Source: Octopus sinensis
Taxonomy: Eukaryota
Length of the DNA stretch: 64,000 nucleotides
Direction: 5' to 3'
Assembly: GCF_006345805.1 (NCBI RefSeq)
Contig: NC_042997.1
Span: forward strand, 39,494,001 to 39,558,000
The position numbers were made by a program, and so were the translations under genes. Below the pieces are notes generated by a model, which had not been told where the DNA came from, did no database searches, and worked only from the letters and a program-made list of their open reading frames with translations. Positions 13,772 through 24,493 of this stretch are shown here, in pieces (the stretch's first letter is position 1; every line of letters starts with the position of its first letter).

Positions 13772-14063
13772 ATTCTATCGGTCTCTTTTGCCGAACCGCT
13801 AAGTAACGGGGACATAAACACACCAGCATCGGTTGTCAAGCAATGCTAGGGGGACAAACACAGACACACAAACACACACACACATATATATACATATATA
13901 CGATGGGCTTCTTTCAGTTTCCATCTACCAAATCCACTCACAAGGCATTGGTCGGCCCGAGGCTATAGTAGAAGACACTTGCCCAATGACCACGCAGTGG
14001 GACTGAACCTGGAACCATGTGGTTGGTAAACAAGCTACTTACCTCACAGCCACTCCTGCGCCT
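13772..14063 (-). mobile_element. SINE family A, 3'-truncated
   Basis: Reverse complement of the first ~290 bp of 12013-12419. Confidence 0.85.
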
Positions 14064-14294
14064 ATGAAATTATGAACTAATTATTAAAGAGATTCATGTC
14101 ATACTTTGACAATCACCAAAACAATTTTCTAAGTTTGAATTGAAACCTTGGGAAAGTATCTACTTAGTGCCAAAAGGCATAATTCAATGCTCATGTTCAA
14201 TATCAATAATATGAGATACCAATGTTCAGTTGCTGAATAAACAAAATCTCCACTCCAGTATATAATCTAATACGTCTAAATTATATAACATTAA

Positions 14295-14924
14295 TCCTGA
14301 TGAAAAGTTCCTGGCCTTGGATAAGAGAAAATACAGGCGGCTCAGTTAATTATGATTTTATTCAACATATAGACGCAGGAGTGGCTGTGTGGTAAGTAGC
14401 TTGTTTACCAACCACATGGTTCCGGGTTCAGTCCCACTGCATGGCACCTTGGGCAAGTGTCTTCTACTATAGCCTTGGGCTGACCAAAGCCTTGTCAGTG
14501 GATTTGGTAGACGGAAACTGAAAGAAGCCCGTCGTATGTATATATATATATATATGCGTGTGTGTGTTTGTATGTCTGTGTTTGTCCCCCTAGCATTGCT
14601 TGACAACTGATGCTGGTGTGTTTATGTCCCTGTCACTTAGTGGTTCGGCAAAAGAGACCGATAGAATAAGTACTGGGCTTACAAAAGAAAAAGTCCCGGA
14701 ATCGAGTTGCTCGATTAAAGGCGGTGCTGCAGCATGGCCGCAGTCAAATGACTGAAACAAGTAAAAGAGTAAAAGAGTAAAGAGATATTCCCCTCTTAGA
14801 TTCACACATTGTTGCAGTGGTCCTTCAGTTTTTCTAAGCCCTGTAAAAGAACTCAGAAGGTTGGGCCTGCAACCAGGCCTTTCATTATACTTTAAACTCA
14901 GGAGCTTTTCAGCAGCCCCTCATA
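14295..14924. mobile_element. Mariner-like MITE split by a SINE family A insertion
   Basis: The halves 14295-14370 and 14786-14924 join into the reverse complement of the 6011-6222 MITE. Confidence 0.6.
14371..14785 (+). mobile_element. SINE family A, full length
   Basis: Near-identical to 12013-12419. Confidence 0.85.
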
Positions 14925-16012
14925 TATGATATTCATGAAATGTATATTAAGTTCATGCATGGTGCAGACATAGTTATGTGGTTGAGAAACTTGCTTCCCA
15001 ACCATGTGGTTTCTGATTCAGTCACACTGTGTGGCATCTTGGGTGTCTTCTTCAAAAGTCCTGAGCTGACAAATGTAAGTTTTGTAACAGGATTTAGTGG
15101 ACAGAAATTCTGTGTGTTTCAATTCCCTAATCTCGATATTGCACGATAGATGTTAATAAACATTATCATTATACAAGTAGTGTCTTTTTTTTGCAGTCTT
15201 CTTTGAAAACATGTCCTACTATTATGGTGCTCATGTTCAAAGGACAAGGAGAAATATTACCTCTCTTGGAAACTAGTGAGGGTTGGCAACAGTGAGGGCA
15301 TCTGGCTTAGGAAATCTGCCTCACTGAATTCTGTTTGACCCACGCAAGCAAGGAAAAGTTGGCATTAAAACAATGATAATGCTGCTACCAGTATTTGAAA
15401 TTTATTTCATTTGTAACTTTTCCTGTTAATTCCCACAAGTTAGATTTAGTACTAAAAATGAGTTACTGTGATTTTTAATGTCTTCATAAAAGAATTGAAA
15501 AACGTATGATTTTAATATTCTTTCCTCAATAACGAGGGAAAGAAACAAGGCCGTAATGTCTGAAAGTTGAAAAAAGACACAATTAACAGCTGTCTGGTAT
15601 CTCTCCAAGATTTATAAATATAACATTTCTGTCTCTCTCTACCACTTCTTGTAAGTTGGCATCAATTATGAATGTACACATAAATACACTCATAAAACAG
15701 AGATGTATGTAAATATGTGTGATTTCATTTCGAAGTTTAAAGAGAGAAATTGACTGATTAGTTAACTCCGGTGTGATTATTCAGCATTGAAAAGTTTATA
15801 TGATATTAAACCTGAAAAAAAAAATTTTTATTAGGTATCAATAAAAGCAATTTTATGTCATCAAAAAGATGAAACCAAAAAAACAGAAACCAAAATTGTT
15901 TTTTTTTTCCAAGGCAATTTCTAATAATTTAATGTATTTAATTTTTCATATTTTAGACCAAAAGAAGCATTAAAATTTCTTATTTCAGACATTCTTTAGG
16001 ATTCACCAATGA

Positions 16013-16017
<5 letters not shown>

Positions 16018-16049
<32 letters not shown>

Positions 16050-16097
16050 AATCGTCGTCGTCGTCATCATCATCATCATCATAATCATCGTCGTCAT

Positions 16098-16138
<41 letters not shown>

Positions 16139-16140
16139 GC
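16018..16140. repeat. Compound (ATC)n/(GTC)n/(AGC)n microsatellite
   Basis: Read directly from the sequence. Confidence 0.9.
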
Positions 16141-16340
16141 GAGGTAACAGAATTGTTAGCACATCAGACAAAATGCTTAGTAACATTTCTGTTGGCTTTT
16201 TTACATTCTGAGTTCAAAAATAACTGCAGTTAACTCATCCACCTCCCACCAGACTGCTGCCCTTGTGGCAAAATTTGAAACCATTATTATTATTATTATT
16301 ATTATCATTATTAATATTCTGCCACTTCGCTTCCCTTAAT

Positions 16341-16551
16341 GGGCAACGGTGTGGCAGAATTGCCAGCATGCTGGATAAAACGCTTCATGGCGTTTCGTCT
16401 GTCTGTACGTTCTTAGTTCGAATACCACTGAGGTTGACTTTACCTTTCATCATTTTGGGGTCGATAAAATAAGCATCAATCGAGTACTGGGGTTGATGTG
16501 ATCAGCTTACCCTCTTCCCATAAATGCTGGCCCTCTGCCAAAATTTGAAAC
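16341..16551 (+). mobile_element. SINE family C within (TAT)n tracts
   Basis: Similar to 55725-55957 and 13583-13768. Confidence 0.6.
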
Positions 16552-16557
16552 CATCAC

Positions 16558-16588
<31 letters not shown>

Positions 16589-17044
16589 TGATGAAACCAC
16601 TCAGCCTATTTTACTGGATGTGATGCAAAGTGTCAGCTATCCACATCCAGCAGACTAAGATAACATGTTTACTGACCGTGCTTCAAGAGCTCTGATTCTT
16701 GTAGGCGTTCCATCTTTATCTGGTAACTGAGTGCTGATACTTCCAAGCATGCCTATTAATGTTGGTATCAAATTTATCACTCAAACAAATAAAATTATTA
16801 TCATTATTATTATTATTATTTTTATTTTTATTATTATTATTATTCGTTTTTGGATTTGGTTTGCAAGATTCTTTATATGAGTTCGTGTGTTGAAGCATAT
16901 TCTGTTGTGTCTGAGGAGAGTAATTTTCTTTTTGGGCCTTATAATGTAAGGAAAATAAAAATAAGAAAAAAAGTGGAAATTTTACCGGTGAGTGCGTTAC
17001 ATTATAAGGCACAAAAAGAAACTGACTCTCCCCAGAGACAACAG

Positions 17045-17090
<46 letters not shown>

Positions 17091-17144
17091 GGAGAGTATT
17101 GTAGTTTGCTTGAAGCATTGTGTATTGTTTGTAAAGAACAAATT

Positions 17145-17433
17145 TTTTGAATGGCACAACAATGCACTATAATACAAACAATGGTTTATAATAACTTGTA
17201 ATTTAGTCATCCATAGTCTGATATGATATTTCGGAATAAAATTCCTTTTTCAGATATCCCTAGGAATTGATGGAGTCGCTGGAAAACCGATTATAGTAGC
17301 AACTCCATCAATTCCTAGGGATATCCGAAGGAATTTTTATTCCAAAATAACATATCAGACTATGGAGGATTAAATTACAACAGTTATCATAGTCCCTTGT
17401 TTGTATTATAGTGCATTGTTGTGTCATTCAAAA
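17145..17433. repeat. ~290-bp fold-back palindrome between (ATT)n tracts
   Basis: Arms tttgaatggcacaacaatgcactataatacaaacaa...gatatccctaggaattgatggagt and their reverse complement around a ~20-nt spacer. Confidence 0.85.
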
Positions 17434-17461
17434 TATATTATTATTGTTATTATTATTATTC

Positions 17462-17893
17462 TGTAGTCTTATTTTTATCACATGCTTTCACTGCATCACC
17501 AAGCGCAGCTCTGTGTGTCTTGAGTATCTGCTGTGGTTTGTTGTGGTGCTCTTATTTTCACTGTATTGAAAGTGCTTTACACAGGATGTGTGCAGTACCT
17601 GGTAGTGCTATTTTCTGAATGTTATATATAGTTGTAAGTCCTAGTGTTTTGGTTACGTATTTGTCTGAATATTTTTTAATCATACCTAATGCATCTATTA
17701 TCATAGGGATTGTTTCTGCTTTTAGGCTCCATATTTGGGTTACCTCTATTTCCAGATCTTTGTATTTTGAGAGTTTCTCTTTTTCTTTTAGAGATACATT
17801 GTCATCTGTTGGTATTAATACATTGATTAGAAGGCATTTTTTTTTCTTGGTGATCTCTGACAGCTATATCCAGTCTATTAGCCTTGATTTCTC
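17462..17893 (-). mobile_element. R4/Dong-clade non-LTR retrotransposon 3' fragment (RLE domain) in (TAA)n
   Basis: Translation across a frameshift gives REIKANRLDIAVRDHQEKKCLLINVLIPTDDNVSLKEKEKLSKYKDLEIEVTQIWSLKAETIPMIIDALG...IQKIALPGTAHILCKALS. Flanked by (ATT)n, the known Dong target. Confidence 0.8.
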
Positions 17894-17912
17894 TATTATT
17901 ATTATTATTATT

Positions 17913-18473
17913 ACTGAGTGAGAGAGCAGTGCATGCCATCAAAGTGACACTGGGGTAAAATATACGAAACCTAGTATACCCATCATTACTACACATCTGA
18001 TAAGGGTACAACAGGCACATGCATCACAACCGGATGTGCATGACATGGTGATCTAATATCAAGATAAACAGCACATGACCTTGCAGGTGGGATTCAGTTA
18101 GAATTTTCTTCTGGTCGAGTAACCCATCCCACTCAAAAGGTCCCTGAATAAGGGTTGTTTAAGGATGTTGAACGAAACACCCATGTTTCCAGAGGTGAAT
18201 TATTCAAACCCCAAAGAATCCCTCTCAACACATGGCTATGATGCTCCCCCACTACTTCTGCTTGTGATCAGAAATGCACATATCGTCAGCCACCAAGGGA
18301 TATGCTCAACTGGTGAAGGTCAAACAACTGACAAGCAAATCTGTGGTATTGAGCAGAATATTTGCTGTAGCCTATCGTTTATACCAAGACAAAACAATGT
18401 ACATGATAACACCTCCAATCAGTTAAGATCAGAAGCCATGAGAGCCAATGCCTGGTGCTGCATCAGGGCATTT
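17913..18473. mobile_element. Probable non-autonomous interspersed element inserted in (TAT)n
   Basis: A discrete, GC-richer 560-bp block bounded on both sides by (ATT)n. Class not determined. Confidence 0.4.
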
Positions 18474-19513
18474 ATTATTATTATTATTATTATTGTTATT
18501 ATTTAATTTTAAAAATACAAATATTGGGTGGTCTTTTACAATATTTTGTTTGTTCTTTTCTAAATAACTTTATCATCAAATACATTATCATCATCAGTAA
18601 CTCTGTCTTTCTAACTTGGTGCCATTAGTTGAGAAATCGGTAGAGAATGTATTTCTCTTGCTTTTTTTTGTTCACTCTTTTCAATTGTTCTATAAAGTTT
18701 CTTAGACTAGATACAGTTACTACATTCCTCAGCTAACTGTTTGCTACTTTAGTTTCACAACACAGATCCAAGAAATACTTTATTTTACCAGTAATAAAGA
18801 TCAGGTGCCAAACCATTGTGAAATTTATCTATAGAAAAACCTGTTATCACAAGAAGAGATTATTCTTAGAAGAAAAACACCAGTCATATCATCTGTTTGC
18901 TAACACCATTCATACCTTTACTGCAGTCAAAAGAATCTTATCTAATTTTGAATGAGAAGTCTATCTCGTTGCATAGCATGAATGGTAATTACGTAGTTTC
19001 TTGCTTAAGAAGTATATGTCCCTAAAAAGTACATGTCTTTGTGTGTATTTCAAAATATAGCTAACTGGAATATTCTACTGGGAGATTATTTGAAATTAAG
19101 AATACAAGGGATGAGATATATATATATATATATATATATAATATAATATAATGTAATATCTGGTGCTGGTGCCACATAAAAATCACTCAGTACACTTTGT
19201 AAAGTTTTTGGCATTAGGAAGAGCATCCAGCCACAGAAATCATGCCAGACCTGACAATGAAGCCTGGTGTGGCCTCCAGCGTTACCACCTTGAGTCAGAT
19301 CATTCAACCAAAGCCAGCATGGAAAATGGATGTTAAATGATGGTGATTATATATAAATGTGTGTGTGTATGTATATATATATATGTTCAGCAAAATTTAG
19401 ATTCAAATGAATATGGTACTTAATTTAGACGCACCAGAATTCTGTATGATGTTATCCATATAAATCCATGGGGTGTTTATAATCAAAATAAGCAACAAGA
19501 ATAACTTTGGTAA

Positions 19514-19601
19514 TTTAGTACGATCGTTTCACGCTACATCATTTTATTAAACGTTGTAAATATTACACCACTTTTAAAATGTTGAGCAATCATCAGCCAT
19601 T
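19514..19601 (-). ncRNA. Penelope-type hammerhead ribozyme motif (long stem II, weak stem I)
   Basis: - strand: UGG CUGAUGA UUGCU...AGCGU GAAA CGAUCG UA CUA. Confidence 0.55.
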
Positions 19602-19957
19602 AATAGAGGTTTTCCATTAATGCATAATTTTCATATCAATTGATAACATTATAGAGAAGGTAGATTTATAGACAAAGATGTCGATTTAAATTTTAAGAAC
19701 ATTAAGGTAGTAGATATATATATATGTAATGATTCCCAATCAAGGTGCAGAAATGGCGTAATCCGAATGAACAGGAACAGTTATCCGAAGGTAGAAGAAT
19801 TCCGTGAATTAGGTACTCCAAAGTCAGAAGGCTGGGGTCTGTGTGAGCATGCGGTATATAGTGAATACAAACAAAGAAGAACAAACAAGAAAATAACAAC
19901 GCGAGGACATGGTACAAGTACTGTATTATCAGATGCACAGGAAAGGAAAGAAAGAGG

Positions 19958-19992
19958 ATTTTATGTTTCGAGCAAAGCTCTTCTTCAGAAAT
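19958..19992 (-). ncRNA. Minimal hammerhead-like motif in a Penelope-like pseudo-LTR fragment
   Basis: AUUU CUGAAGA A GAGC UUU GCUC GAAA CA UA AAAU. Confidence 0.5.
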
Positions 19993-20235
19993 AGAACAGC
20001 CAAAACCACGCACAGACACACACATACACACATACACATGCTATTATTACATACATGCACACACACAGAACTGCACGCATGCAAATACCTACACATACCT
20101 CCTTATCTTGCACTCTCCTGTCTTAGAAATAACTTTTTCTTCACCCATTCCCTTCCAGTCATTTCAAAAATATAACCATGTGTGTATCGTTGGCAATTTT
20201 CCTCTTCCGTCTTCCCTTCTTTTGGACTTTCCTCT

Positions 20236-20270
20236 ATTTCTGAAGAAGAGCTTTGCTCGAAATGTAAAAC
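20236..20270 (+). ncRNA. Minimal hammerhead-like motif (inverted partner of 19958-19992)
   Basis: UUU CUGAAGA A GAGC UUU GCUC GAAA UG UA AAA. Confidence 0.5.
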
Positions 20271-20498
20271 CCCCTTTCTTTCCTTTCCTGAGTGTCTGAT
20301 AATACAGTACTTGTACCATGTTTTCGCAATGTTTTCTTTTGTTTGTCCTTCTTTGCTTGGATTCACTATATATATATGTATATATATATTATACAATATA
20401 TATATTAAAATACATATATGAATATAATATGCATGTATACAAATAATATATATATACATACACATACATACATATAAATACACACACACACACACATG

Positions 20499-20552
<54 letters not shown>

Positions 20553-20563
<11 letters not shown>

Positions 20564-20737
20564 TTAGAGACAAAACCACTATTTTGCAAAACAAACAAGG
20601 AAAGACTTAATCAATACATAAAATTTTATAAAAAGTCAAAACATTTTTTGACTTTTTATTAAAATTTTATGTATTGATTAAGTCTTTCCTTGTTTGTTTT
20701 GCAAAATAGTGGTTTTGTCTCTAATTAATATTATATA
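20553..20737. repeat. Near-perfect ~185-bp palindrome (Penelope-like fragment family)
   Basis: attagagacaaaaccactattttgcaaaacaaacaaggaaagacttaatc... and its reverse complement. Same family as 21820-22205. Confidence 0.85.
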
Positions 20738-20858
20738 ATATTTTACTATAAAATTGGATTTAATCCTAAATCTGATTTTTTTTCCCTGTAAATTTGGATT
20801 TATTCCCTAATATTTATTATTATATATATTATATATATATATTATATATATATATTAT

Positions 20859-21180
20859 AGGGTGTGATGGGTAAATTGTCATCATTTTATATTTTTCATT
20901 TCATGCATGCGCATTGTTTGTTATTGATTTTGTCGACTACACAGTATAGTAGGGTCAGTTGGGCACCATCTGTGAAAGGAACAGCACCATGACACAATTC
21001 ACCCTTCCAGAAATTTGGAAATGATATGCTGTACTGCTTGGCATTCATGCCAGAAACTCCAGTACGAACATTTCAGAGTGTTTGGGTGTCAGTCTGAGGA
21101 CAGTGCAATCTGAAGATATGTACTGAGAATGATAAAAATCAAACATCCAGTCAACATCATGGTGTTTGGAGTGATCACCA
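20859..21180 (+). mobile_element. Internally deleted Tc1-like transposon remnant
   Basis: TA-TAGGGTG terminus. HTH-like MTQFTLPEIWK*YAVLLGIHARNSSTNISECLGVSLRTVQ fused to KHPVNIMVFGVIT (DDE-region motif). Confidence 0.55.
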
Positions 21181-21412
21181 CACAACTGTCCAATGAATGA
21201 GAATGTGACACTCTGAGTAGCAGTTTTTTGCGATACTTTTCATGGTGTTTTTTGCAGCTTTAATAATAAAGTGTGTATGCTTTACTCTAAGTTAAAAAAG
21301 TCACAAAAACTGAAACCGGTACTAAAATGTTCTTCATCATAAAATTATTTAAGCATTTTCTACCTTGTCTTACTTTTTTAATACATATCAACTCATGTGT
21401 TCCTTTTCAACC

Positions 21413-21440
<28 letters not shown>

Positions 21441-21457
<17 letters not shown>

Positions 21458-21531
21458 ATGGGGGAATATTATCCCAAACTTACAGAGAAAAATTCAATTT
21501 AGAAATACTAAATCAAATTTCACAAAATATA

Positions 21532-21570
<39 letters not shown>

Positions 21571-21659
21571 TATATAATATAATAATATGGGGGAATATTA
21601 TCCCAAACTTACAGGGAAAAATTCAATTTAGAAATACTAAATCAAATTTCACAAAATAT

Positions 21660-21706
<47 letters not shown>

Positions 21707-21778
21707 ATAATAATATGGGGGAATATTATCCCAAACTTACAGGGAAAAATTCAATTTAGAAATACTAAATCAAATTCA

Positions 21779-21785
<7 letters not shown>
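21441..21785. repeat. Three tandem ~85-bp units separated by (TA)n
   Basis: ataatatgggggaatattatcccaaacttacagggaaaaattcaatttagaaatactaaatcaaatttcacaaaat x3. Confidence 0.85.
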
Positions 21786-21814
<29 letters not shown>

Positions 21815-22002
21815 TAATAATAAATATTAGGGAATAAATCCAAATTTACAGGGAAAAATCAGATTTAGGATTGAATCCAATTTTATAGTAAAATATTATA
21901 TTAAATTAGAGACAAAACCACTATTATGCAAAGCAAACAAAGAAAGACTTAAGCCAATACATAAATTATTTATATAAATTTAGAAATTTAACAATTATAA
22001 AT

Positions 22003-22063
22003 AACCACTACGATCGTTTCATGTCTTATTTCAACACATCTTTGAGACATTCTTCAGGTGGTT
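22003..22063 (-). ncRNA. Intact-looking type I minimal hammerhead ribozyme (Penelope type)
   Basis: - strand: AACCAC CUGAAGA AUGUCU (18 nt) AGACAU GAAA CGAUCG UA GUGGUU. 6-bp stem I, full core, 6-bp stem II, palindromic stem III ACGAUCGU, GUA cleavage triplet. Confidence 0.8.
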
Positions 22064-22205
22064 TCAAAACCTTCTTGGCGAGTTTTAAACTATGAACTTT
22101 AAAACTCTTGTTAAATTTCTAAATTTATATAAATAATTTATGTATTGGCTTAAGTCTTTCTTTGTTTGCTTTGCATAATAGTGGTTTTGTCTCTAATTTA
22201 ATATA

Positions 22206-22242
<37 letters not shown>

Positions 22243-22275
22243 TACAGCTAAGATATGGGGATGTAAACACACACA

Positions 22276-22439
22276 TGTATAACAGATTTCTCTCAGTTTC
22301 TGCAAACCAAATCTACTCACAAAGCCTTGGTCAGCCTGAGGGTATAGCAGAAGACACTTGCCCAAGGTGCCACCCAGTGGAACTCAACCCAGAACCATGT
22401 GGTTGGGAGGCAAACATTTCACCATACAACCATACCTGT
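22276..22439 (-). mobile_element. SINE family A 5' part, diverged
   Basis: Reverse-complement similarity to 12013-12175. Confidence 0.65.
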
Positions 22440-23449
22440 ATATACATTCACATCCCTCTGCCCCCCCCCCCACACACATATAAAACCCATAAAATCTGGA
22501 AGTATGAGAGGGGATATGGGTAATTTCTTCTGCCTCAAGACTTTTTAGGAGATTCATATGCCTTGCAGTCTATATAAGATGTTCTTTGAAAGGAAAATGA
22601 GATACAGTATAAAAATTCAATGCAGAATGGAACTGATACTGAAATACCTGTTAGAAATCATCATCATCATCATCATTATGTTATATGTTTTTTTTTTTTT
22701 AAATTCCATTCTTGTGGTGTTAGATTTGGGTGGGTCTAGCATCCATTTATCTTTGGCAACATGATAGCTTGCATTTAGTGAGTTACTCTCACATTCCAAA
22801 TAGAGTTACTATACTTACCTGCTGCTTGAAAAATTGATTCTGCTAGACAGGTGACAATAGCATAATCATCATTATCATTTAACATCAATCTTACATGCTA
22901 GCATGGCTTGGATGATTTGACAGGATCTGAGAATCTGGAGGATTGTGTTGAGCCACAGTGTCTGTTTTGGCATGGTTTTGTTATAGTGGAATGCTCTTCT
23001 CAATACCTTTATAGAATACTCTGGGTGCTTTTTTTAGTGGTATTCATAATAATCATCATCATTGGTTGGCATTAGGAAAGGTATCCAACCCCAGCTGCAG
23101 AAGCCATGCTAAAACAGACATTGCTAAATGATGTCTCTGGACTCATTGGATTCTGTCGAACTATCCAACCCATGCCAGCATGATGGTTAGTCATTAAATG
23201 ATGTTGATGATGATGATGATATATAACATTGATTATGATGTTCTAATATAAAACAATCAATATGCTTTTTACTTGACTTTTTACATAAGTTCTATCACTA
23301 TGTTTTCATTTCCATGTATTTCATTTCTTCAGTAAAAACAATGAGTTCAATTATTTAGAAAGAGATTTTGTGTTTGAGAAAATAACTTGGTGAAATACTG
23401 AGATGAAATTTGAATAAAAACAAGGTTTCACAAGGCAAAGGTTTTCTCT

Positions 23450-23623
23450 TTCTTTTTTATTTGTTTCAGTCATTGGACTGCGGCCATGCTGGGGCACCAG
23501 ATGTAAATAAACCAACATTGACTGTCAAGTGATGGTGAGGGGCCAAACAGACATAGACACAGACAGACAGATAGACACACACACACACACATACACATGC
23601 ACTCACTCTCTCTCTCACACACA

Positions 23624-23709
<86 letters not shown>

Positions 23710-23897
23710 CACACATACACACACACACACACACGACTGACTTCCACACAGGCTCTGTTTACGAAATTCACTTGCAAGGCATTGGTTGGCTGGGGGCCAT
23801 AGTAGAAGGTACTTGCTCATGGTGGTGTGCAGTAGGACAGAACCCAAAACCCTGCAGTTGCAAAGTGAGATTCTTAACCAAACAGCCATAGCTGCAT
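23450..23897 (-). mobile_element. Diverged SINE family A with an expanded (CA/CT)n internal tract
   Basis: ttgtttcagtcattggactgcggccatgctgg 3' end and tRNA-like head at 23740-23897. Confidence 0.65.
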
Positions 23898-24222
23898 CTA
23901 CACAAATAAAGATGTACCTGGCATCAAAAACCTGTAGGGTACAATGGAATGTGACCATTGGTAATCAATTGGAGGCTCTTTTTTAACAGTTCAAAGACAA
24001 GTGAAAAATGTTTCATTACACAACTTGCTTCAATTCCATTTTCAGGCCATCTTAGTCAAGATAATATAATATTAAAATGAAATTTTGCAAAGAACAAGTA
24101 AAACATGATTTTCTTTTTGTAGCATTTGGAAATTTCAACAAAAAATTTAAGAAAAACACTAGGTTACTTTTTATATTAAGGATGATTTTACCATAAAGGC
24201 AACTATATATTTGGTATTGATC

Positions 24223-24493
24223 TGGGATCACAGATTTGAGATTTCTCACCAAGTGAAGAAAGCCAGATATTAGGACTTGGTTTCTAGGCTCTTGTCAAAG
24301 GATGGCACACAGCTTTATTCCCTGTTGAAGTTAACTGCTGTGGTTTTTTTAGCAAGAGTGGCACACTATTTCCTGTAGAAAAGACTAATATGAAAAACAA
24401 GCAATTGAAGAAAGCCATCAAGGAGACAGCCATAGTAGCTGAAACTAGTTCAAGGTGGTTGTTGTTGATGAGGGTCCATGCTAATGTGTGTTC
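24223..24493 (+). pseudogene. Decayed HERO/NeSL-like non-LTR retrotransposon, C-terminal RLE domain (continues at 39070-39097 after the array)
   Basis: WDHRFEISHQVKKARY*DLVSRLLS / KGWHTALFPVEVNCCGFFSKS...KKAIKETAIVAETSSRWLLLMR matches the recalled pattern W...E.AH..K..KY..LV...GW....FPVEVGCRGF...A.E..S.WLW..R of HERO-type RLE C-termini. One stop (24271-24273) and one frameshift (~24298). Confidence 0.7.
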
